NCBI GenBank assembly: GCA_028864975.1
Contig: JAGWLG010000052.1
Span: forward strand, 1-14,294
Origin: Thermoplasmata archaeon
GTDB lineage: Archaea; Thermoplasmatota; Thermoplasmata; Lutacidiplasmatales; UBA184
Direction of reading: 5' to 3'
Length of the DNA stretch: 14,294 nt
Shown: positions 9,001-13,298 of the stretch, in pieces
How positions within the stretch are numbered: the stretch's first letter is position 1
How the letters are laid out: each line of letters opens with the position of its first letter
Translations under genes and position numbers: made by a program
The notes under the pieces: model-generated
The model's input: only the letters and a program-made list of their open reading frames with translations
What the model was told of the DNA's origin: nothing
Databases searched by the model: none

Positions 9001-10448
9001 GGGAGCGATGTCCATGAGTAACCGTACGGCGAAAGTCCCCCGCTCGGGACCGCGCTGGTGAACGTGATGGTCTGCCCGAGGTCCGAAGGGCTCACGGGAG
9101 AGGCGGTGGGGGCCCCGATGGTCAGTGCTGGCGAAACTGTGACCGTGATGACGTTCGACGGGCCGTAACGGTTTGCAGCGGCATCATACGCGAGTGCGTA
9201 GATGGTGTACGTGCCGGCCGACGCAGGGGTCCAGACCCAGGCACCTGTAGTGGCGGTCTGGTACACATCGTTCAGGTACCAGTAGTATCCTGATGGCGAG
9301 CCTCCGGAGGCGCTCGGAGTGTAGGATAGGGCCTGCGAGACGTCCCCACCCGTCGGTCCGGAGATCGAGGGCACGATGGGTGTGGCGGGAGTGCAGTCCG
9401 TGCAGACCTGCCAGTAGTAGTTGACGTTGACATTGGAGATGTTCGTCACGGCCTCCCAGTGAGGGCCGTAGCCATAGGGCCCGGTGGACTGGTAATAATG
9501 GGCGTTGTTGTCCGCCGGTGCGAGCACCTGGAGCGGCCCGTCGTTGATGTAGCAGGTGCTCATGCCGGACTGGAACTCGTCGGACCACGGGATGTACTCG
9601 GTAATGTGGGACCCGGAGGCCCACTGGTACGTCATCGCGGGGAGCGAGGTGTAGCTCAGGCACGACGCCGCCGTCGTGTCGACGACCTCCGTCATCGGGC
9701 CCGTGAAGTATCCGTGGGAGTCCGCGGCGGTGCCCATCATTTCCATGTAGTTGTTCTGGGGTGTTGAGCCCGGATCCGGCTGGTTCACGCAGTCCGTGCT
9801 TGCGCCCAGCGTGGCGTAGTCGTACACTTCCATGCACACCTGGTAGGGACTCGTGGTGGCGACGTAGATGTCCAGGGCCACGCTGTCGCCTGCGCTCATC
9901 GCGCCTACGTTTGGGTCACACGAGGTGCCAAGGTTGGACCCCGCGGCGTTCCAATCGGAGTAGAGCATCTCGAATCCCGCGTTACAACCTGGCCAGTTGT
10001 CCCCAACGATGGCTTGGTACCAGTCCCCGGTGTTGGATCGGCCGTTGAACTCGTAACCGGTGGCGTAGGGGCTCGTGGCGAGGGTGATGGTGAAGTACCA
10101 CCCAGAGACCCCCGCGTAGTAACCATGGTCCATCTCGGCCAGAGTCGCCCCTTCTTGGAAGTAGTAGGGATTGGCACTGGTCTGCGGCGCGGCGCTACCG
10201 ACCACCCCGGGGGACATGGGAGCCGGGGCGAGAGCGGCGGAGAGGTCTGGTGACTCTCCCTCCAGGGAGACCCCATGGTGGGGGAGGGCGACTGACGGAG
10301 GCGATGCTCCCTGGGAGAAAGACGGGGACATCGTCAAGAGCGCGATGAGTGCTAGAAGGGGGATCGGTCCAAACGGGCCCAAAGGTGCCTTCGACCCAAT
10401 CCCTCGACCCCGTTCCCCCTGTGAGGGAGAATCGTTGACCCCACCCAT
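1..10448 (-). CDS. Giant (>=3482 aa, 3'-truncated by the window edge) single-pass surface protein: signal peptide, putative glutamic-peptidase-like head, about 31 Ig/PKD-like repeats, TM helix, Pro-rich cytoplasmic tail with zinc ribbon
   Basis: Hand translation of the minus frame from ATG 10448 (MGGVNDSPSQ...PLLALIALLTMSPSFSQGA...) gave coherent protein in the stretches I decoded, ending ...PSNPWEAQQAPTLPPPP at position 3. No ORF in the track terminates in this frame, which fits a frame that is open to the window edge. The many short plus-strand V/T/A/P ORFs all share one register and are its antisense shadow. The upstream in-frame stop is TAG at 10614-10616, so alternative GTG starts (10463, 10538) are possible. 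Confidence 0.95.
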   Translation of the reverse strand, partial: MGGVNDSPSQGERGRGIGSKAPLGPFGPIPLLALIALLTMSPSFSQGASPPSVALPHHGVSLEGESPDLSAALAPAPMSPGVVGSAAPQTSANPYYFQEGATLAEMDHGYYAGVSGWYFTITLATSPYATGYEFNGRSNTGDWYQAIVGDNWPGCNAGFEMLYSDWNAAGSNLGTSCDPNVGAMSAGDSVALDIYVATTSPYQVCMEVYDYATLGASTDCVNQPDPGSTPQNNYMEMMGTAADSHGYFTGPMTEVVDTTAASCLSYTSLPAMTYQWASGSHITEYIPWSDEFQSGMSTCYINDGPLQVLAPADNNAHYYQSTGPYGYGPHWEAVTNISNVNVNYYWQVCTDCTPATPIVPSISGPTGGDVSQALSYTPSASGGSPSGYYWYLNDVYQTATTGAWVWTPASAGTYTIYALAYDAAANRYGPSNVITVTVSPALTIGAPTASPVSPSDLGQTITFTSAVPSGGLSPYGYSWTSLPTGCTNSLTSTDSCSPSASSTYTVTVKVTDGNGATASGSITYVVNPALVAGPITPASPTIDSGQFLLLTSHPAGGTTPYSAYQWFTGTACGTAITGATGSTYNANPASTTSYSYKVTDSASSPVSVCSAVDTVSVNLALTNPALSPTSESIDSGQSVSFSASWTGGTASFTAKLDTSTSSSSCTGLVVVQAVASASSPQAFTAVAPTSTTYYCATITDSSAAGSVTTTTGTPVVITVNAALSVPALSPGSESIDSGQSVTFSASWSGGTSAFTAKLDTSTSSSSCTGLVTVQTVPSATSPQSFTAVSPASTTYYCATVTDSSGSGAVTTTTASPVVITVNAALVAGIPTPTSVTIDAGQTKVLTNAATGGTSPFTWQWYDPTTSLTCSATSPAIGGATSSTYTTPNTLSAGTYYFCYRVTDSSAAGAVSVYSSTDTVVVNAVLTTPTLSPGSESIDSGQSVSFSTTWSGGTSSFTAKLDTSTSSASCTGLVLVQSITSAVSPQSFTAVSPTSTTYYCASITDSSGAGAVTTTTTTPVVITVNAALSAPTLSPGSETIDNGQSVSFSASWTGGTASFTAKLDTSTSSSSCTGLVVVQTVGSASSPQVFTAVAPTSTTYYCASITDSSGAGAVTTTTASPVVITVNSALGVPTLSPGSQTIDSGQSVTFSVSWTGGTSSFTAKLDTSTSSSTCTGLAVVQTIGSASSPQTFTAVAPTSTTYYCSTITDSSGAGAVTTTTSSPVVITVNAALSAPTLSPGSEAIDSGQSVAFSESWAGGTSSFTAKLDTSTSSASCTGLVVVQTIAPASSPQAFTAVAPTSTTYYCSTITDSSGAGAVTTTTASPVVITVNAALAAAVPTPTSVAIDAGQTEVLTNAATGGTSPFTWQWYDPTTSGTCSATSPAIGGATSPTYTTPNTLSAGTYYFCYRVTDSSAAGAVSVYSSTDTVVVNAALSAPTLSPGSESIDSGQSVSFSASWSGGTSSFTAKLDTSTSSSSCTGLVMLQTVSTAVSPQSFTAVSPTSTTSYCVTITDSSGAGPVTTTTASPVTISVNPALSAPTLSPSSETIDNGQTVTFSASWAGGTSSFNAKLETSTSSTSCTGMTPLQTIAAATSPQVFAAVAPSSTTYYCATIMDSSAAGAVSTTTAAPVVVTLSPALGVPSLSPASEVIDNGQSVAFAVSWTGGTSSFTAKLDTSTSSTSCMGLTLVQTIGPATSPQAFAAVAPASTTFYCATVTDSSGAGAVTTTTAAPVTLSVNPTLSAPTLAPGSETIDNGQTVAFTASWTGGTTSFTARLDTSTSGSSCIGLTVVQTVASATSPQAFTALSPSSTTYFCVAVTDSSGAGAVTTTTASPVVITVNPTLVAGAIAPPSPVIDSGQSVTLTANPSGGTSPYALQWYSGASCTNILTGQTGPTYVASPTANTTYTYTVTDSAQTPVTKCSSGDGVVVHADPNPMPTANPNPTGTGASTVLNGGFTGGTGPYTFAWRYGDGSLTPSGYQDPTHVFNATGTFVVRFWVNDSVGVSMSSTVSVTVTTLAASVAATPNPVDVGIPVAFSGGVSGGVSPYTYAWRFGDGSLTPSHYISPTHTFNASGTFVVRFWVNDSTSADSQATMSEVVGAIPSVVASVSPSPTDVGVPTTFHGAGAGGTGASYLWRCSDGATAVTQDDVRTFSAPGAATCWVWYNDTWYQSSSSVSVTISGDPAMTSVTGAPSPTDVGVGVVLSAIGTGGSAPTSYAWRCTDGFTSLSQSPTHPFSQPGNPTCTAWYNDSLLSSAGSVSLTINAAPTLPAISASPNPVDPTVLVALSATGSGGTSPQTYAWHCADGFSSALQSPSHAFAATGVYLCRSWYNDSFLGSTNAMSVTVDSIPAITGTTASPNPVDVGVLVNLGMTVSGGTAPTTYAWHCSDGFTSASQNPTHTFTAAGSVTCLTWYNDTWLTSQSSITVTVNGLPSVTASASPNPTDAGTPVTLLASGTGGTSALYSWHCTDGFQSSSQNPTHTFTAVGSEMCEVWFNDTWNQASQGVTLTLNVAPSIGPASASPDPVDVGMIVSLVASGSGGTAPTTYAWHCTDGFTSTSQSPNHAFLVPGSLVCWAWYNDSFNTASTSVAITVKALPTVALTVTTPMVDVGETANVTGVVSGGTGATICRWYVNSVRQSGSNCAGVDIATSAPGSLSVNATVVDALGGSTSSTPVTISVAAVPTATETPSTSSVDAGQSVTLAAAVSGGSSPFTCQWSLNNTTLAGATSCTAYMFSSARGGIYWIGFRATDSASGPMTAWANATVVAGPPLVASVSPTSATMDVGMSQTFAATVGGGASPYSYQWYLNGSVLAGQVTGSYQLAPTGAGSFALTLRLGDGHGNVLWFNVTATVYARPFVAISPSTTTEVGVGSVMNFNATSTGGAPPTSYAWYVNGTLQAGTSSASFAFSSSHGATYTIQVVLIDGIGLRASSVNVSVQVVSVSVSLTSPTGGGEVGISSTFTAQGQGGAGPYLYAWFIDGNLVSGDTTSTLVYRPTTSGSHTILAAATDSGNVKGSASTTFRVVPAVAAALGAPLSPIDVGGTTWLNVSITGGSGPFTLAWSLNGVAWSAPGTSTPTFAYAPTAAGTYRVQVVVTDALGGTSSTSTVSVVVNALPTVSLTANTTSAKVGWVVGLQASVAQGTAGFVYHWTLNGSALSGASGAFFNFTPRGAGNYTFQVTVTDARGNSAVSLQVKLVVTAVPSGTRPHPTGGGFPLTLLALALAAVIALLLLVLFLRRRKKQPQASVEATSEPTATLTGATETSAGADLMAPVPPPTSGAPEGTPEANLTPEVTEILPPQLPPPEAAELPLTPVAPPPPPPPPPPPPPAPPALESPPQEEPGPVPVGPAPEVGLPPQEPPPPVVEAPAPAVEPQGGVIPAGTSPELLEAAVAGEDEPHPQESEFPRCPNCGSPLPSARSECFVCASQGTDATHSSPPSPPSPPPVEESPPPEEQASPAPPPPEPPAPPEPSNPWEAQQAPTLPPPP
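189..242 (-). other. Cytoplasmic zinc ribbon (CxxC-x10-CxxC)
   Basis: CPNCGSPLPSARSECFVC matches the zinc_ribbon_2/DZR-type spacing. Confidence 0.85.
477..515 (-). repeat. Poly-proline tract (13 consecutive Pro) in the cytoplasmic tail
   Basis: 13 consecutive NGG triplets on the plus strand correspond to CCN codons on the minus strand. Confidence 0.9.
738..821 (-). other. Transmembrane anchor with positive-inside stop-transfer
   Basis: FPLTLLALALAAVIALLLLVLFL followed directly by RRRKK. Confidence 0.9.
850..2675 (-). repeat. Seven divergent membrane-proximal Ig-like modules
   Basis: Period of about 85 aa with GG..W-x-[LVI]-[ND] cores: CRWYVN, CQWSLN, YQWYLN, YAWYVN, YAWFID, LAWSLN, YHWTLN. 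Confidence 0.75.
2676..4661 (-). repeat. Eight PKD-like modules (81-84 aa)
   Basis: The W-x-x-x-D-G core has its Trp codon at 4554, 4302, 4050, 3801, 3552, 3303, 3060 and 2811 (WRYGDG, WRFGDG, WRCSDG, WRCTDG, WHCADG, WHCSDG, WHCTDG, WHCTDG). Units also carry P-T-H-x-F-type and W-[VYF]-N-D-[ST] motifs, resembling the PKD WDFGDG signature. Confidence 0.85.
4929..8588 (-). repeat. Tandem array A-A-B-A-A-A-A-B-A-A-A-A (A = 306 nt/102 aa x10; B = 300 nt/100 aa x2)
   Basis: The A anchor (tccagc or a variant; protein FTAKLDTS) occurs at 8479, 8173, 7567, 7261, 6955, 6649, 6043, 5737, 5431 and 5125, with spacings of 306 or 606. B units lie at 7677-7976 and 6153-6452, 1524 nt apart. The total of 3660 nt equals 10x306 + 2x300. 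Confidence 0.95.
8589..9389 (-). repeat. Three N-proximal Ig-like modules
   Basis: Each has D-x-[GS]-Q near its start, GG-x-x-P then W, and a Y-x-x-x-x-x-D motif (SGGSPSGYYWYLN, SGGLSPYGYSW, AGGTTPYSAYQW). Confidence 0.75.
9390..10172 (-). other. Non-repetitive head domain (about aa 93-353), putative glutamic peptidase G1-like / ConA-like beta-sandwich
   Basis: YEFNG..GDWYQ(145), MSAGDSVALDIYV, VCMEVYDYATLG and YFTGPMTE(254) are collinear with the family G1 pattern WVGIDG..LQ / ISxGDxIxxxV / ATLxNLTTG / AExIxE, compared from memory. The domain has 8 Cys and is rich in Tyr and Trp. Confidence 0.5.
10305..10448 (-). other. N-terminal signal peptide of the giant protein (aa 1-48)
   Basis: Basic n-region (ERGRGIGSK), hydrophobic core IPLLALIALLTM and a small-residue c-region SFSQGA. 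Confidence 0.7.
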
Positions 10449-10460
10449 GCTTTCGCAGCT

Positions 10461-10474
10461 CACACTAGAGTGTG
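10461..10474. promoter_or_regulatory. Inverted repeat CACACT-AG-AGTGTG, candidate operator upstream of the giant gene
   Basis: Perfect 6-bp arms lie 13 nt upstream of ATG 10448 and just downstream of an AT-rich TATA-like patch (minus-strand GATATAC, about 10480-10486). Confidence 0.4.
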
Positions 10475-10609
10475 TATGGGTATATCGTCCTATCAACAGG
10501 GCACGAGGAGCCGCTCGCGGGCCGTTCCCCCCCTCCACGGGGCGAGCGTGGATCGCGCCTGGGGCAAGAAGGCTCGAGAGTGGGCAGCACCCGATATCCG
10601 CGCCAGTTA

Positions 10610-10625
10610 GTCTCTAAATAGAGAC
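10610..10625 (+). promoter_or_regulatory. TATA-like box (TAAATA) inside the inverted repeat GTCTCT-AAAT-AGAGAC; probable promoter of the hesB-MOSC operon
   Basis: TAAATA at 10615-10620 is about 25 nt upstream of ATG 10645, typical archaeal spacing for a leaderless or near-leaderless mRNA. It is a rare AT-rich spot in GC-rich DNA. Confidence 0.6.
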
Positions 10626-10644
10626 GGCCCCCCTATCCGTTCGT

Positions 10645-11019
10645 ATGTCCGGCTCCCTGATCCAGCTCGGCGGGACCATGCCGCCCCCGACCGAGGTCAA
10701 CCTGACCATCACACCCTCGGCGCGCGAGCAGCTCCTCAAGCTCCGCGCGCAGGCCCAGGCAGAGACCAAGGGGCTGCGCCTGTTCGTCCAGGGAGGCGGC
10801 TGCTCAGGCCTGACCTACGGAATGCAGTTCGACGACGCGGGGGAGGGTGACCAGGTGCTCGACGTGGGGGACGGGCTCAAGGTCATCATCGACCCCGCCA
10901 GCGCCCCCGTGCTCAACGGCGTCACCGTGGACTTCCTGCTCTCCCTGGAGGCGTCGGGGTTCAAGATCAAGAACCCCAACGCGAAGAGCACCTGCTCCTG
11001 CGGGAAGAGCTTCGCCTGA
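10645..11019 (+). CDS. A-type Fe-S cluster carrier/assembly accessory protein (HesB/IscA/SufA/ErpA family)
   Basis: Canonical motifs LRLFVQGGGCSGLTYGMQFD, GVTVDF, GFKIKNPN and CSCGKSF. The alternative start is ATG 10678. Confidence 0.95.
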   Translation: MSGSLIQLGGTMPPPTEVNLTITPSAREQLLKLRAQAQAETKGLRLFVQGGGCSGLTYGMQFDDAGEGDQVLDVGDGLKVIIDPASAPVLNGVTVDFLLSLEASGFKIKNPNAKSTCSCGKSFA

Positions 11020-11029
11020 AGCGACCGCC

Positions 11030-11503
11030 ATGCCCCTTCCAAAGCGGGCCCGAATCGTTCAGGTCAATACCTCTTCCCGCGGAGGGATGCCGAAGCTGCC
11101 CGTCGGGGGGAGTGTCTGGGTTAGCCGCGAGGGTCTGGAAAGGGATCACAATCGCTACCGCACCGAGAAGCTTCGGGGCGATCCGGACTCCGCGGTTCTC
11201 CTTCTCGCCCTTTCGTCCATCCAGGCCCATGCCGAGGCGGGGTTCCCCGTGGGGCCGGGTTCGATGGGAGAGAACCTGACGCTCTCCGACCTCGTCGAGA
11301 CGGAGATGGCCCCGGGTCAGCGCTGGAAGGTCGGGAGGGCCGTGGTCCAGATCTCTCGAGCCTGCACTCCCTGCCACAATCTGGACATCTACGGAACCGG
11401 ATTGCTCAAGCAGGCGATCGGCCGGCGAGGCTGGTACGCGCGGGTCCTCGAGGAAGGGCCAGTAAAGGCGGGCGACGAGGCCGTGCTACTAGCTGACGTG
11501 TAG
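11030..11503 (+). CDS. MOSC domain-containing protein (YiiM-like, putative sulfur carrier / Moco-associated)
   Basis: IVQVN..GGMPK, GLERD, PGSMGENLT, GQRWKVG.AVVQIS..CTPC and RRGWYARVLEEGPVKAGD. The start is placed at ATG 11030, 10 nt after the hesB stop. The track's 10847 start overlaps hesB. Confidence 0.9.
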   Translation: MPLPKRARIVQVNTSSRGGMPKLPVGGSVWVSREGLERDHNRYRTEKLRGDPDSAVLLLALSSIQAHAEAGFPVGPGSMGENLTLSDLVETEMAPGQRWKVGRAVVQISRACTPCHNLDIYGTGLLKQAIGRRGWYARVLEEGPVKAGDEAVLLADV

Positions 11504-11523
11504 CTTCTCCGTCAACTGGGTGC

Positions 11524-11530
11524 TTAAATA
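11524..11530 (+). promoter_or_regulatory. TATA box (TTAAATA) for the second HesB-family gene
   Basis: Consensus archaeal TATA 31 nt upstream of ATG 11561, inside the MOSC-hesB2 intergenic gap. Confidence 0.65.
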
Positions 11531-11560
11531 CCGCGGCGTCGTGATTTGCTTGGAACGAAC

Positions 11561-12022
11561 ATGGTGTCCCGTCTCGACTCCGCGAAGCCCGAACCTGTCT
11601 CGGTGACGAGCGCCTTCGACATGGTGGTCTCGGACCCCGCCCTCGAGCAGATCAAGGGGCTCCTCAAGGGTCAGAAGCCCGGCATGGCTGTCCGGGTCTT
11701 CGTCCAGATGGGGGGAGGGGGCGGCTGCTGCGGCGGCGGCTCTGGTCCCGCCTTCGGCATGGCCTTCGACAAGCCCAAGAATGGCGACGAGGTCGTGAAG
11801 CGCGACGGCGTCAACTTCGTCGTGGATCCCTACAGTGTCGATTTCTTGAACGGGGCCAACGTGGACTTCGTCAAGGAGAACGGAGACTCCGGTTTCAAGA
11901 TCACCAACCCCACCCTCCCCATGAGCGAGGCGGGGAGCGGCGGGGGCTGCGGCTCCTGCGGTGCCAGCTCGGACAACGGCGGCAGCTGCGGCTGCGGGTC
12001 CGGCGGCGGCGGCTGCTGCTAG
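11561..12022 (+). CDS. Atypical HesB/IscA-family protein with a CC motif and a Gly/Cys-rich C-terminal extension
   Basis: The HesB scaffold is recognisable (VRVFVQ..G.C, FGMAFD, D.V...DGV.FVVDPYS..FLNGANVDF, SGFKITNP). The usual GGCSG is replaced by GGGGGCCGGG and the tail reads GCGSCG..GSCGCGSGGGGCC-stop. ATG 11561 is preferred over TTG 11546 on TATA spacing. Confidence 0.85.
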   Translation: MVSRLDSAKPEPVSVTSAFDMVVSDPALEQIKGLLKGQKPGMAVRVFVQMGGGGGCCGGGSGPAFGMAFDKPKNGDEVVKRDGVNFVVDPYSVDFLNGANVDFVKENGDSGFKITNPTLPMSEAGSGGGCGSCGASSDNGGSCGCGSGGGGCC

Positions 12023-12040
12023 GCCAGAAGGTCGCGCCCA

Positions 12041-12068
12041 GCGCGCTTCGGTCGCTACCGTCGCGCGC
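12041..12068 (+). other. GC-rich hairpin downstream of the second HesB gene
   Basis: GCGCGC-TT-CGGT-(CGCT)-ACCG-TC-GCGCGC forms a 6+4 bp stem with an internal loop. There is no U-tract, so it is not called a terminator. Confidence 0.35.
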
Positions 12069-12098
12069 GGAAGAAGAGCAACGCTAATCTTCCCCTAC

Positions 12099-12136
12099 AC
12101 CGCTCCCGTTCCTCCCTGAACAGGAGCGGAAGCGGT
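12099..12136 (+). promoter_or_regulatory. Stem-loop occluding the SD of the coiled-coil gene
   Basis: CCGCTCC (12100-12106) pairs with GGAGCGG (12123-12129) and GTTC pairs with GAAC. ACCGCT can alternatively pair with AGCGGT (12131-12136) next to ATG 12138. Confidence 0.4.
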
Positions 12137-12137
12137 C

Positions 12138-13100
12138 ATGGCCAAGTCAAAGCCGAAGCCCAAGCCCGCGGCAAAGAAGTCGAAGCCCGTCCCGAAGAAG
12201 GCTCCAGCCCCTCGGCCCAAGCCCGCGGCTCCGAGGAAGCCGAGCCCGGCCGACGAACTGAAGTCGCGGGAAGAGGCCATCCTCGAGAAGGGGAAGGAGC
12301 TGGTCTCGGCGTACAAGGAGCTCGCCGAGCACCAAGAGGAGTTCGACGACCGGCTCAAGCACCTCGAGACCAAGGAGCACCAGGTCGCCGCTCGGGAATC
12401 CACGCTGGGCTCCCTCGAGAAGAGGCTCGCGGACGCAGGCGTGGTCGAGGCCACGGCAGAAGAGATCGGAAGGGCCCGAGACCGTCTCAAGTCCCTTGAG
12501 GAGAAGCTCAAGGCCATGCGCGCCGATGTCGAGAAAGAGAAGCACGAGATCAAGGAGTGGCGTGAGGCCCTCGCGGGACGTGAAGAGAAGCTCGGGCAGT
12601 CCGAGAAGCTACACCTGACCCGCGAGAAAGGGCTCCTCGAAGAAGAAGAGGGCGTCAACCAGAGGAAGGCCGCCCTGGCCGAGGAAGAGGCCCGCCTGCG
12701 GAAGATCAACGACGACGCCGTTCGGGACCTGCACGACCGGGCCGCCCGGCTCGAGGAGCGCGAGCGCTCCCTCACGAACCTTCAGCAGGAGACCGAACGT
12801 CGGCTCTCCGAGTTCGCGCAACGGGAGAGCGAGGTCTCCCGCGTGGAGGCCGAGGCGCGCCAGCGACGGTCGGACGCGGAGAGTGCGCAGAAGGTCGTCG
12901 AAGAGGCCCGTATGGGCCTGGACGTGCGTGAGCAGTCTCTCCAGGAGCACGAGTCCACGCTCCTCGGGCACGCGGAGGCCCTGGAGCCCCACGAAAGGGC
13001 CCTGGAAGAGGCGGAAGGGCAGGTCCGCGCCCACCGCGAGAAGCTGGCGAAGGCTCGTGAGGCGCTCAAGTCGCACGTGGCCTCGCACCAGGCCAGGTAG
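12138..13100 (+). CDS. Long coiled-coil protein with Lys/Pro/Ala-rich basic N-terminus, function unknown
   Basis: 320 aa with GGAG upstream. Residues 1-37 contain 11 K, 2 R, 12 P and no acidic residue. The remainder is an E/K/R/L/A-rich helical region with recurring L-x-x-R-E heptad-like motifs. No TM or ATPase motif is visible. Confidence 0.85.
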   Translation: MAKSKPKPKPAAKKSKPVPKKAPAPRPKPAAPRKPSPADELKSREEAILEKGKELVSAYKELAEHQEEFDDRLKHLETKEHQVAARESTLGSLEKRLADAGVVEATAEEIGRARDRLKSLEEKLKAMRADVEKEKHEIKEWREALAGREEKLGQSEKLHLTREKGLLEEEEGVNQRKAALAEEEARLRKINDDAVRDLHDRAARLEERERSLTNLQQETERRLSEFAQRESEVSRVEAEARQRRSDAESAQKVVEEARMGLDVREQSLQEHESTLLGHAEALEPHERALEEAEGQVRAHREKLAKAREALKSHVASHQAR

Positions 13101-13298
13101 ACCCATCTCTGGGCAACCGCTCCGGGGTCTCCGACGCCCGGGGCGGCACGGGTCGTCGCGGGGCCGGCGGAGAGAAGGGGCAACTGGCCGATCATCCCCC
13201 CCTTGCCTGGCAGGCTCGGGACCATGACGGAGAATCGTGGCTAGAGCGAAAGCGTCCCTCTACCGCAAGCATGAAGAGCCACGTGCTTCCCCGAGAGC

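Noticed and set aside
46-10276. Several dozen ORFs in the track between 46 and 10276, including the Gly-rich 46..939, 267..1352, 1455..2444 and 3507..4688
   Set aside because: They are antisense or off-frame shadows of the giant minus-strand gene. The V/T/A/G/P-rich plus ORFs mirror its codons (Pro to Gly, Thr to Val), and the Arg/Gly-rich ones are typical high-GC off-frame reads.
10171-10617. Plus-strand ORF across the divergent promoter region
   Set aside because: It is antisense to the signal-peptide region, runs through the promoter elements and has no recognisable motifs.
11017-11019. Selenocysteine readthrough of the hesB TGA (HesB-like selenoproteins exist)
   Set aside because: The TGA follows the complete canonical CSCGKSFA ending, all conserved sites are Cys codons, and the next gene starts 10 nt later. 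The second hesB has no in-frame TGA and ends in TAG.
10847-11029. N-terminal extension of the MOSC ORF
   Set aside because: It overlaps hesB in another frame and is low-complexity. MOSC similarity starts after ATG 11030.
12095-13225. Minus-strand ORFs 12095..12775, 12147..12545, 12609..13106 and 12782..13225
   Set aside because: Antisense shadows of the E/K/R-rich coiled-coil gene, with Ser/Arg/Leu-rich non-protein-like composition.
13101-13298. Possible ncRNA or small ORF between the coiled-coil gene and the riboswitch
   Set aside because: Only short GC pairings are present (e.g. AAGGGG/CCCCTT), and I saw no SRP, RNase P, tRNA or C/D-box signature. I also found no clear TATA box for crcB here, so its promoter is left uncalled.
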